Source: Chthoniobacteraceae bacterium
GTDB taxonomy: Bacteria > Verrucomicrobiota > Verrucomicrobiia > Chthoniobacterales > Chthoniobacteraceae
Assembly (NCBI GenBank): GCA_040081625.1
Contig: JBEBGD010000029.1
Location: 1 to 53,357 of the forward strand
DNA length: 53,357 nucleotides
Direction of reading: 5' to 3'
Part shown: positions 21,087 to 30,917 of the stretch, one piece after another
Layout: each line of letters starts with the position of its first letter
Position numbering within the stretch: position 1 is the first letter of the stretch
Notes under the pieces: generated by a model
Databases searched by the model: none
What the model saw: the letters and a program-made list of their open reading frames with translations, nothing else
What the model was told of the DNA's origin: nothing
Position numbers and translations under genes: made by a program

Positions 21087-22627
21087 GCGTGACTTCGAGA
21101 TTGAAGGCCACGGCTGATTCCTTTCCGCCCGCACCCGGCAGCGGCGGCGGCTCGTTCCCGCAAGGACACGAGCTGCGCGACGATGCGCCGACGCAAGACG
21201 CGAGCGTGCTGCTCTTCCGCCGCTACCGCGTGATCCGCGAGCTGGGCCGCGGCGGCATGGGCGTGGTGAAGCTCGTGCCCGATCTCGTGGTGAAGGACAC
21301 CGAGGCCATCGCCGACCTGCGCAAGGAAGTGCTGCGCGGCATGGCGCTCACGCATCCCGGCGTCGTGCGCACGCACAACTTTGAGCGCGACGAGAGCGGC
21401 GCGGGGATCGTGATGGAATTTATCGAAAGCCACACGCTCACCGAGCTGAAGACGCAGCAGCCCGGCGGCTGTTTCGACCCGGAGCAAATCCTCCCGTGGA
21501 TCGAGCAGCTCTGCGCCGTGCTCGACTACGCGCACCGCGAAGCGCACATCGTCCACCGCGACCTCAAGCCGCGGAACGTGATGCGCAACCGCGCTGGCAA
21601 AATCAAAGTCGCCGACTTCGGCATCGCCGCGGTCATCAGCGATTCGATGAGCAAGCACTCGATGGAGGGAAAAGTGAGCGGCACGCTCAGCTACATGAGC
21701 CCGCAGCGGGCGCAGGGGATGATGCCGGGCGTGCCCGACGACATCCACGCGTTCGGCGCGACGATCTACGAATTGCTCACTGGCAAGCCGCCGTTCTTCC
21801 GCGGCAATCCACTGATGATCCAAACGCAAGTCATCACCGTCGTCCCGCCGCGCATGAGTGAGCGGCGCGAAGAATTGGAAGTGACGGGTCGCACGCCGAT
21901 TCCGCCACCGTGGGAGGTGACAATCGCCGCGTGCCTGGCGAAAGATCCCGCCGAGCGTCCGCAGAGGGCAGGAGAAGTGCTGGCACGATTGCGTCGTTCA
22001 TCGGTGGAGCACCCGGTCCGGGTGCCGTTCAGCACGGCTCGCACCGAACCTTTGTCGAGCGGCGCTCCTACAACGGTATCGGCATCCGAATCGAGTGCGC
22101 ACCGTGAAGGCTTCCGCGAGCCGCGGAAGCCGGCACCCGAGCCGGGTGCTCCACCTATAAACCCCGCATCGCCGCCGTCGCCCTCTCCGGATGAGCCTAG
22201 CCGTGCCGAAAATGGCCTTCAGTGGTTTGCCGGATCGATGGTGCTCACACTCGTCGCATTGAACTATTGCTATTCCCGATTAGGGGCAGACAACCATACT
22301 CTCGTCACCATGCAGGTATTGCCGTTGGTAATCGGTTTCTTTCTCGGCTGGCGACGCCAATCCAAACCTGCCCACCTGTTCGCAATATGCTTCGTGCTGG
22401 GTTACGTAACCTCGCTGCTGAGCGTGCAACTGACTAGGCTTTCAAAAGGAACTCCGTTGGAGTGGAATGGGAATTGGTGGTTGTATCCGGTCTGGCTTTT
22501 GCAGATGCCTGACGCGACATCCTCCTACGCTGGCGTCAACTATTTCGGTATCTTCGCATGGACGGTTCCGATCATCGCTGGATGTAGTTTGGGTTCCGCC
22601 CTCCGAAATCGTCGCGACCGGAAATGA
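21071..22627 (+). CDS. Ser/Thr kinase paralog with an in-frame N-lobe deletion and a lower-GC multi-TM C-terminus; possible pseudokinase or pseudogene; start uncertain
   Basis: [26 protein letters not shown] present; the 14 aa between the G-loop and the catalytic Lys are absent relative to the 4535 kinase; no suitably placed ATG (GTG 21071 or TTG 21101 possible). Confidence 0.75.
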   Translation: MKVTTSVTSRLKATADSFPPAPGSGGGSFPQGHELRDDAPTQDASVLLFRRYRVIRELGRGGMGVVKLVPDLVVKDTEAIADLRKEVLRGMALTHPGVVRTHNFERDESGAGIVMEFIESHTLTELKTQQPGGCFDPEQILPWIEQLCAVLDYAHREAHIVHRDLKPRNVMRNRAGKIKVADFGIAAVISDSMSKHSMEGKVSGTLSYMSPQRAQGMMPGVPDDIHAFGATIYELLTGKPPFFRGNPLMIQTQVITVVPPRMSERREELEVTGRTPIPPPWEVTIAACLAKDPAERPQRAGEVLARLRRSSVEHPVRVPFSTARTEPLSSGAPTTVSASESSAHREGFREPRKPAPEPGAPPINPASPPSPSPDEPSRAENGLQWFAGSMVLTLVALNYCYSRLGADNHTLVTMQVLPLVIGFFLGWRRQSKPAHLFAICFVLGYVTSLLSVQLTRLSKGTPLEWNGNWWLYPVWLLQMPDATSSYAGVNYFGIFAWTVPIIAGCSLGSALRNRRDRK

Positions 22628-22676
22628 CGAGCTTTTGGTTTCTAGCTACGACTCACCTGCGGTCACAAACGTCTCC

Positions 22677-24017
22677 ATGAAACTCCCCGACCTCCCTCTT
22701 TTCGATCACTCCCCGCAGCCTTACACCGGCCCGAGCGCCGCGGAGGTGCTCGCGCTGCGCAGGGCGCATGTGAACCCGGCGCTGTTCCACTACTACAAGG
22801 AGCCGCTGATGATCGTCGAAGGGCGCGGGCAGTATGTCTGGGATGAGAAGGGGCGGCGGTATCTCGATGGGATCGCGGGGATCGTGACGGTGAGCGTGGG
22901 GCATTGTCATCCGCACGTCGTCGCTGCGGCGAATGCGCAGAACGAGCGGCTCCAGCACACGACGACGATCTACCTGCACCCGAACATCGCGGAGTATGCG
23001 ACGGCGCTCGCGGCGAAGATGCCGGGCGACTTGAAGGTCTGCTACTTCGTGAATTCCGGCTCCGAGGCGAACGACCTCGCGATCCTCATGGCGCGGGCGT
23101 TCACGGAGAATTACGACGTGATCGCGCTGCGCAATGGTTACCACGGCGGCACGCCCGGAACGATGGCGCTCACGGCGCACTCGACGTGGAAGTTCAATGT
23201 TCCGCACGCGTTCGGGGTGCATCACGCGCTCGCGCCCGATCCGTATCGCGGGCCGTGGGGTCACGACGATCCCGACGCGGGGAAGAAATACGCAAACGAC
23301 GTGCGCGAGTTGATCGGCTTCGCGACTCCGGGAAAGGTCGCGGCCTACATCGCCGAGAGCATCCAGGGAGTGGGCGGCGCGGTCGTCTTTCCCGACGGTT
23401 ATCTGCGTGAGACGTATGCGCACGTGCGCGCAGCGGGCGGATTGTGCATCGCGGACGAAGTGCAGTCCGGCTTCGGTCGCACGGGCACGCATTTCTGGGG
23501 TTTCGAGACGCAGGGCGTCGTGCCGGACATCGTCACGATGGCGAAGGGCATCGGCAACGGCGCGCCGCTCGCGGCGGTCGTGACCACGCCGCAGATCGCG
23601 CAGGCGCTCACGGCGAAGATTCATTTCAACACCTTTGGAGGAAATCCGGTCTGCTGCGCGATCGGCAAGGCGGTGCTCGAAGTGATCGATCGCGAAGGCT
23701 TGCAGGCGAACTCGCTCAAGGTCGGGAATCATCTGCTCGACGGGCTGCGCGCGTTGCAGGCGAGGCATTCGATCATCGGCGAAGTGCGCGGGCGCGGGCT
23801 GATGATAGGTGTCGAACTCGTGAAGGACCGCGCGACGAAGGAGCACGCGAAAGCCGAGTGCGCGCAGGTTTTTGAGACCGCGCGCGAACTGGGCCTGCTC
23901 ATCGGCAAGGGCGGGCTGAATGGCAACGTGCTGCGCATCAAGCCGCCGATGTGCGTCACGCTTGCCGACGCGGACTTCATGCTCGCGGTGCTCGACGAGG
24001 CGTTCGCGCGGCTTTGA
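22677..24017 (+). CDS. Class III PLP aminotransferase, AGXT2/PYD4-like (beta-alanine / beta-aminoisobutyrate transaminase candidate)
   Basis: [51 protein letters not shown] (PLP Lys), [17 protein letters not shown]; start ATG 22677. Confidence 0.9.
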   Translation: MKLPDLPLFDHSPQPYTGPSAAEVLALRRAHVNPALFHYYKEPLMIVEGRGQYVWDEKGRRYLDGIAGIVTVSVGHCHPHVVAAANAQNERLQHTTTIYLHPNIAEYATALAAKMPGDLKVCYFVNSGSEANDLAILMARAFTENYDVIALRNGYHGGTPGTMALTAHSTWKFNVPHAFGVHHALAPDPYRGPWGHDDPDAGKKYANDVRELIGFATPGKVAAYIAESIQGVGGAVVFPDGYLRETYAHVRAAGGLCIADEVQSGFGRTGTHFWGFETQGVVPDIVTMAKGIGNGAPLAAVVTTPQIAQALTAKIHFNTFGGNPVCCAIGKAVLEVIDREGLQANSLKVGNHLLDGLRALQARHSIIGEVRGRGLMIGVELVKDRATKEHAKAECAQVFETARELGLLIGKGGLNGNVLRIKPPMCVTLADADFMLAVLDEAFARL

Positions 24018-24033
24018 ATCCGAGGAGAACGAA

Positions 24034-24176
24034 GATTGAACAGGAGGAAGCAGAGGAAGCAGAGGATGAAGAAGTTTGGCCACAGCAGACATTCACCCGC
24101 CGCGTGAGACCCATGCCCTCATGATCCAGACATCATTTCCTGCACCTCTGCTCTCTCCGCTTCATCCTGTTCAATC
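24034..24176. repeat. Second long imperfect intergenic palindrome (32-bp arms) with 9-nt internal periodicity
   Basis: gattgaacaggaggaagcagaggaagcagagg (24034-24065) vs cctctgctctctccgcttcatcctgttcaatc (24145-24176): 28/32 match, 79-nt spacer. Confidence 0.85.
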
Positions 24177-24192
24177 CCACTGCTGTTTTTAG

Positions 24193-25308
24193 GTGAATCT
24201 CGATCTCGTCGCCGAACTCTTCGCGGAGAACTTCACGCGCCACGACGAACTCGGCGCGAGCGTGAGTGTGTGGCAGGACGGGCGCGAGGTGCTCTCGCTC
24301 GCGGACGGCTGGCGCGACCGGGATCGCACGCAGCCGTGGGACGCGGACACGCCGGTGCTGTTCTGGTCGGCGACGAAGGGGCTCGCCGCGGCGTGCGTGC
24401 TGCGCGCGCTCGGCGAGCGCGATCCGATGACGACGCGCGTTGCGGAGGTGTGGCCGGAGTTCGCGCAGGCGGGGAAGGAGCGCGTGACGGTCGCGGAGTT
24501 GATGTCGCATCGCGCCGGGCTATCCGCGCTCGCCGAGCCGATCGAGGTATGGGACTACGATCGTATCGTCGTCGCACTCGCTGCGGAGCCGCCGCATTGG
24601 CCGCTCGGCGAAGGCCACGGCTACCATCCGCGCACGTTTGGCTTCCTCATGGATGAACTCGTGCGCCGACTCACGGGCGCGCCGCTGCGCGAATACTGGC
24701 GCGCACATTTCGCCGAGCCGCTCGGACTCGACGTATGGATTGGCGTTCCGGCGGACATGGCGGACGGCGTCGCACCCGTCTTCCCAGCGCGCACGGCGCC
24801 GCCGACGGGCGACTTGTTCTACACGCAGTTCCTCACCGCGGGTTCATTCACCGCGCGTGCGTTCGCTTCGCCACGCGGGCTGCACTCCGCGGCCGCGATG
24901 AACAAGCCCGACGCTCTCACCACCGGTTTCCCCGGCTTCGGCGGTGTGGGCACGGCGCGCGGTCTGGCGAAATTCTACGCGATGCTCGCCGCGCATCCGG
25001 GCGAGGCGATGACGACGACGCTCACGCAGGGACTCGATCGGGTGCTGCACATCGAGACGGCGTTTTCGTGCGGCTTCATGCGCGATCCTCTCGACGGACA
25101 CGGGCGCAAAAAGCGCAGCGTCTTCGGTCCGAGCCCGCGCGGTTTCGGGCACCCGGGTGCGGGCGGTTCGCACGCGTTCGCCGACCCCGACCAGCGCATC
25201 GGCTTCGCTTATGTGATGAACCAGATGGAGCCCGGCGTCCTGCCCAACGCGAAGGTGCTGCGTCTGGTCGAGGCGCTGTATCAACCGGCTACCCGCGGAT
25301 CTCGGTGA
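24193..25308 (+). CDS. Serine hydrolase, beta-lactamase-related (family VIII esterase-like)
   Basis: SxxK 'WSATKG', LMSHRAGL, 'GYHPRTFG', 'FGHPGAGGS'. Confidence 0.9.
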   Translation: MNLDLVAELFAENFTRHDELGASVSVWQDGREVLSLADGWRDRDRTQPWDADTPVLFWSATKGLAAACVLRALGERDPMTTRVAEVWPEFAQAGKERVTVAELMSHRAGLSALAEPIEVWDYDRIVVALAAEPPHWPLGEGHGYHPRTFGFLMDELVRRLTGAPLREYWRAHFAEPLGLDVWIGVPADMADGVAPVFPARTAPPTGDLFYTQFLTAGSFTARAFASPRGLHSAAAMNKPDALTTGFPGFGGVGTARGLAKFYAMLAAHPGEAMTTTLTQGLDRVLHIETAFSCGFMRDPLDGHGRKKRSVFGPSPRGFGHPGAGGSHAFADPDQRIGFAYVMNQMEPGVLPNAKVLRLVEALYQPATRGSR

Positions 25309-27085
25309 GCGAGCGATCGAGCGCGTAGGCGGCGCTGATGAGGCCGAGGTGGGTGAAGGCTTGCGGGAAGTTGCCGAGGTGCTCGCCTTGCGGGCCAAGT
25401 TGCTCGGCATAGAGGCCGACGTGATTCGCGTAGCCTAGCATCTTCTCGAAGATGAAGCGGCCCTGCCGCGGATCGCCGGATCGGGCGAGGCACTCGGTGA
25501 ACCAGAACGTGCACATGTTGAAGGTGCCTTCCTCGCCTTCAAATCCGTCCGACGCGGCGTCCCCGACTTTGTAGCGGTTCACGAGCGAATCCTCGACGAG
25601 CACGCTCTCGATGACCTTCAGCGTCGAGAGCCAGCGCGGATCCTTCGGCGAGATGAATTTCACCAGCGGCATGAGCAGGCACGAGGCATCGACGGTCGTC
25701 GATCCCGCGAACTGGACGAAGCTGCCGAGTTCTTCGTTCCAAAAGTTCGTGTGGATGTCGTGATAGATCTCGTCGCGCACGCGCATCCATTCGACCATCG
25801 GGCACGGCAGCGAGCGGCGCCGGGCGAGGCGGACACCGCGGTCGATCGCGACCCAGCACATGAGGCGCGAGTAGAGGAACTCCTGCCGGCCACCACGGAC
25901 TTCCCAGATGCCTTCGTCGGCTCGGCGCCAGTTCTCGGTCACCCAATGGATGAGCCGCACGAGATTCGTCCACAGCCCATGGGTCACGGGCTCGCCGTAT
26001 TTGTCGAAGATGTAAACCGAGTCCATCAGCTCGCCGTAAATGTCGAGCTGGAGCTGGTCGTAGGCGGCGTTGCCGATGCGGACGGGCTGCGAGTCGCGAT
26101 AGCCGCGCAGGTGCGGGAGCTCGGACTCGGGAAGTTCGTGGTGCCCGTCGATCGCATACATGATCTGGAGCGAACCATCGGGATTGAGTTCCTCGCAGCG
26201 CTTCTCGATCCAGCGGCTGAAGGCGGCGGCTTCGTCCATGTAGCCGAGCCGCATCAGCGCATAGACTGTGAAGGACGCGTCGCGAATCCACGTGAAGCGA
26301 TAGTCCCAATTGCGCGCGCCGCCGATGGCTTCCGGCAGGCCGAAGGTCGGAGCCGCGACGAGCGAACCGTGTGCTTGCGAGACGAGCAGCTTCAGCACGA
26401 GCGCCGAACGGTGGACCATCTCGCGCCAGCGGCCCACGTAGGTGCAGCGGCGGATCCATGCACGCCAGTAATTGAGCGTGCTCTTGAAGTCCTCGACGAC
26501 GCGTTCGTGCAAGTCCCCGCGAGGTGCGACGCTTCCGTCTTCGAGCACGAATGCAGCGCTCTCGTTTGCGCGGAGCGTAAAGGTCGCGGTGACGTCGTCG
26601 CCTTCGACCGACAACGGAACCGAACTGCGCAGCCGCAGCAGGAGCGAGTCGGAAGTGAAGAGCACGCTCTCACCCTCGATCGTGCAGCGATGCTTCGCGC
26701 GCGCGTAGTCGAAGCGCGGCGCGCAGGTCATCCGAAACGTCAGCTCGCCATGGACTACCTTGACTCGGCGCACGAGATCGTGCGCGGGAACGGCCTGATC
26801 CACGGGCATGAAGTCGGAAATCTCGGCGACGCCATTCGGCGTGAGGAACCGTGTGAGCAGGATGTTCGAGTCCGGCAGGTAGAGCTGCTTGTGTTTCACG
26901 TCCTCGTGCTGCGGCGTGATGGAAAAATGCCCGCCGCGCTCCGCGTCGAGCAGCGAGGCGAAAACGCTCGGCGAATCGAACCGGGGGAAACACATGAAGT
27001 CGATGGTCCCATCGATGGCAACCAGCGCGACCGTGTTGAGGTCGCCGATGAGGGCGTGGTTTTCGATCGGTTGAGGATTTTTCAC
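25289..27085 (-). CDS. Glycoside hydrolase family 15 (glucoamylase/trehalase-like)
   Basis: FDSPSVFASLLD, LPEAIGGARNWDYRFTWIRD, QLQLDIYGE, GIWEVRG, LGNFPQAFTH. Confidence 0.94.
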   Translation of the reverse strand: MKNPQPIENHALIGDLNTVALVAIDGTIDFMCFPRFDSPSVFASLLDAERGGHFSITPQHEDVKHKQLYLPDSNILLTRFLTPNGVAEISDFMPVDQAVPAHDLVRRVKVVHGELTFRMTCAPRFDYARAKHRCTIEGESVLFTSDSLLLRLRSSVPLSVEGDDVTATFTLRANESAAFVLEDGSVAPRGDLHERVVEDFKSTLNYWRAWIRRCTYVGRWREMVHRSALVLKLLVSQAHGSLVAAPTFGLPEAIGGARNWDYRFTWIRDASFTVYALMRLGYMDEAAAFSRWIEKRCEELNPDGSLQIMYAIDGHHELPESELPHLRGYRDSQPVRIGNAAYDQLQLDIYGELMDSVYIFDKYGEPVTHGLWTNLVRLIHWVTENWRRADEGIWEVRGGRQEFLYSRLMCWVAIDRGVRLARRRSLPCPMVEWMRVRDEIYHDIHTNFWNEELGSFVQFAGSTTVDASCLLMPLVKFISPKDPRWLSTLKVIESVLVEDSLVNRYKVGDAASDGFEGEEGTFNMCTFWFTECLARSGDPRQGRFIFEKMLGYANHVGLYAEQLGPQGEHLGNFPQAFTHLGLISAAYALDRSLTEIRG

Positions 27086-27150
27086 GGGAGAGAATGGAAG
27101 GTCCGCGGCGTTCAGCTTCTTCGGCGCAGAAAGGCGCGGAGGTCAACGCC

Positions 27151-28029
27151 TCAATGCTGCACGGCCTGCTCGATCGCCTCGATCACCAGCAGGGCGGAGC
27201 GTTCGTCGAGGTGCGCGCCGTCGATCCAGCGGAGCTGCCCGCGCTCGACCCGGAGATCGAGCCAGCGGTCGGGGCGAGCGGCGGCATCCTGCATGATCTG
27301 CTTCGTGCGGGTGAAGTAGCGACTCTGCTCCAATGCCGGGTCCATCGGCAACTGCACGAAGAAGACCCGCGAGCCGCGGGCCTCCAGCACATCCGCGATG
27401 CGGGCGATCTCCGTGGCGTGCTCGCGGGTCGGCGCTTCAAATGCGCGGCGATCGAGCGCGACGAGACTATGGCGGATCAGCGTCGCCGTGTCGTAATCGT
27501 GCGGTGGTTTTGCCCGGAGCTTTCGAGCGTCGTTCGCGTTGAGCGGAAGCAGCGCGTTCACCGCGGTGCGCAGCGGCTTGAACTCGCGAAGCCGCACGAG
27601 CGCTGGCGAACGGTAGCGCTCGATCAGCTCAGGGCGCGGCTTGCGATCGAGCACGTTGATCTCGACGACGATCGTTCCCGGCGTGGAAGCGAGACTCTCG
27701 ACGAGCATCATCCCGGTGAGCGGGCTGCCGCCGGGCAGCGCGAGGTTCCGCGTGGGCGTAAGCGTGAAGAATCGCTCCGGCAGCCGATCCGCGAGCGAAC
27801 TGCCGAGCACGGCGAGTCGCGGGCGCTCACCGAGAGCGTAATGATTCACCTTCTGTCGGATCGTATCGTCCGTCGTGAGGCCGGGTCCGACCGGGAAATC
27901 GCGCACGCCATTCGACGCCGCGAGATACGCCGTGAGCGAGATCATGCCCGTCGCTAAGGTGAGGGAGAGCCAGCGGAACGGCTGTGGCACGGGCTCGGGA
28001 ATGACGAGGGATGGATCGTCGATGCTCAT
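27151..28029 (-). CDS. Membrane-anchored SGNH-like protein, probable acyltransfer partner of the MBOAT (AlgJ/DltD-like role)
   Basis: N-terminal TM; block I 'VLGSS'; 'NLALPGGS'; C-terminal DxxH 'DGAHL'; TGATG overlap with the MBOAT. Confidence 0.7.
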   Translation of the reverse strand: MSIDDPSLVIPEPVPQPFRWLSLTLATGMISLTAYLAASNGVRDFPVGPGLTTDDTIRQKVNHYALGERPRLAVLGSSLADRLPERFFTLTPTRNLALPGGSPLTGMMLVESLASTPGTIVVEINVLDRKPRPELIERYRSPALVRLREFKPLRTAVNALLPLNANDARKLRAKPPHDYDTATLIRHSLVALDRRAFEAPTREHATEIARIADVLEARGSRVFFVQLPMDPALEQSRYFTRTKQIMQDAAARPDRWLDLRVERGQLRWIDGAHLDERSALLVIEAIEQAVQH

Positions 28030-29414
28030 CAGAACTGAAAGTAGATGAACGCGGTCTCCGGCCCGCACTCGACGATTGCGACGAAGATTAGCAGGCCAAG
28101 AAACGCGGGCTCGATTCGACGAAACCACTCGCGTTGCGCCATCCATCCGCAGACGTGCTGGACGATCACCGGCGCGGAGTAGAGAAGTGCGAGGACGTAG
28201 AAGCTCGCGGCGAATCCGGGCCGCGGCGCGTGCGTAAACATGCCGTGGAGGTAGGCCGTCGCGTCGTCGAAACGCGGGAGCTTGAAGAACAGCCACGCCC
28301 AGCTCACGACGGCGAAGACGAACGCGATGCGGCCCCACGATGCGATGCGCGCGAGCCACTTGGGCGCGCGGTTTTGAAAGCGCTGCTCCGCATCGAGGAA
28401 CGGGCGCTCGATCGCGAGCAGCGCGCCGTGGACGAGACCCCAAAGCAAGTAGCCAAGGCCCGCGCCGTGCCAGAGTCCGCCGAGGCCCATGACGATGAGC
28501 AGGTTCGCGTAGGTGCGCGCGTGGCCGTGGCGATTTCCGCCGAGCGGGACGTAGAGGTAGTTCTTCAGCCACGTCGAAAGCGAGATGTGCCAGCGGCTCC
28601 AGAAATCCGCGAACGATCGCGCGAGATACGGGCGGCGGAAATTCACCGGCAGCCGGTAGCCGAAGAGCAGCGCGAGGCCGATGGCGATGGCGGAGTAGCC
28701 GAAGAAGTCGGCGTAAATCTGAAAGCTGTAGAGCAGGAGGAAGAACGCGCGGTCGAGGCTCGAGAGCGTGCCGTTGAGCTTCGGGTCCATGTAGCTCGTG
28801 AACTGGCTGAGGTTGTTCGCGCAAAACAGCTTCATGAAATAGCCCGCGATGATCCAGCGCGCGGCGGACGCCCAGTCCACGTCGCGGAAAAGCTTCTCGC
28901 CGATCTGCGGGAAGAAACTGCGCGCGCGTGTGATCGGGCCGGAGACGAGTTGCGGGAAGAAGATGATGTAGAAGAACACCTCGCTGAGCTTCGGCTTCGG
29001 CAACGTCGAGTCGGGCCGCGTGAAATCCACGAGCAGGCTGATGTTGTGGAAGACGAAGAACGAAATGCCGATCGGCAGAGGCAGACGCAGCAGCACGTCG
29101 AGCCAGCCGTCGCCGAGGTGCGTCGAGGGGGAGAGGATGAGGAATTTGTATTTGAAGAACGCGAGCACCGAGAGGTTGAAGGCGATGCCGGCCCACATCC
29201 ACGCGCGCGATCCGCGCATCGCGAGGATGAGGCAGGCGTGGGTGCCGAGAACCGTCGCGAGCAGCAGGGGGAGGAGGCGCCATTGATCCCAAGCGTAGAA
29301 AAAAATGCTGCCCGCAACGAGCAGCCAGACGCGCCACCGTCGCAGCCACGGCGCGTAGTAGAGCAGGAAGATCAACGCCACGAAGAGCGCGAACGGCCAT
29401 GAGGTGAAACTCAT
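28029..29414 (-). CDS. MBOAT O-acyltransferase (AlgI/PatA/DltB family)
   Basis: LPIGISFFVF, FFPQLVSGPI, QIYADFFGYS, FWSRWHISLSTW..YLYVPLGGNR, GLWHGA. Confidence 0.95.
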   Translation of the reverse strand: MSFTSWPFALFVALIFLLYYAPWLRRWRVWLLVAGSIFFYAWDQWRLLPLLLATVLGTHACLILAMRGSRAWMWAGIAFNLSVLAFFKYKFLILSPSTHLGDGWLDVLLRLPLPIGISFFVFHNISLLVDFTRPDSTLPKPKLSEVFFYIIFFPQLVSGPITRARSFFPQIGEKLFRDVDWASAARWIIAGYFMKLFCANNLSQFTSYMDPKLNGTLSSLDRAFFLLLYSFQIYADFFGYSAIAIGLALLFGYRLPVNFRRPYLARSFADFWSRWHISLSTWLKNYLYVPLGGNRHGHARTYANLLIVMGLGGLWHGAGLGYLLWGLVHGALLAIERPFLDAEQRFQNRAPKWLARIASWGRIAFVFAVVSWAWLFFKLPRFDDATAYLHGMFTHAPRPGFAASFYVLALLYSAPVIVQHVCGWMAQREWFRRIEPAFLGLLIFVAIVECGPETAFIYFQF

Positions 29415-29468
29415 CGCCGCATTCTCAGCGCGTCCGGCGCCCGCATGTAAACAGCAATCCGGCGCGAG

Positions 29469-29884
29469 CTACACGCCGACCACCGACACGGCCACCGACC
29501 GACGGTGCGCCGCGCGCCGGTGCTCGAAGACGAAGATGCCCTGCCACGTTCCGAGCGCGAGCCGACCCTGCGCGATGGGGATCGTCTCGCTCGTGCGCGT
29601 GAGCACCATGCGCAGGTGCGAGGTCGTGTCGTCGCCGCCCTCGGCGGTGTGGATGTAGTAGTCCTCGTCCTCCGGCACGAGCCGCTCGAAGAACTCGTGC
29701 AGATCGGTGCGCGCGCTCGGGTCGGCGTTTTCGTAGATGACCAGCGAGGCGCTCGTGTGCTGGAGGAAGACGGTGGCCATGCCGGTGGTCACGCCGCTCG
29801 CGCGGACGATGCGGGCGACCTCGTCGGTGATCTCGTAGGTGCCCTTGCCGCGTGTGGCGACCGTGATCGAATCGCTGTGCGCCG

Positions 29885-29888
<4 letters not shown>
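29469..29888 (-). CDS. yjbQ: YjbQ / UPF0047 family protein
   Basis: HTSASL..ENADP, 'HTAEG.D...H', LGTWQGIFVFEHR. Confidence 0.92.
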
Positions 29889-30865
<977 letters not shown>

Positions 30866-30917
30866 CGGGGCGGGATAAAACCACGGCGCGCGCCGAGCGC
30901 ACGGACAAAGACGCGGC

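Noticed and set aside
24193..25308. Beta-lactamase resistance gene
   Set aside because: SxxK family, but no signal peptide and esterase-type motifs (YH, HPGAGG); no evidence for resistance
27151..29400. 749-aa ORF suggesting a long fusion overlapping the MBOAT
   Set aside because: Only the part from ATG 28029 looks like protein; the upstream part is an Arg-rich alternative frame of the MBOAT gene
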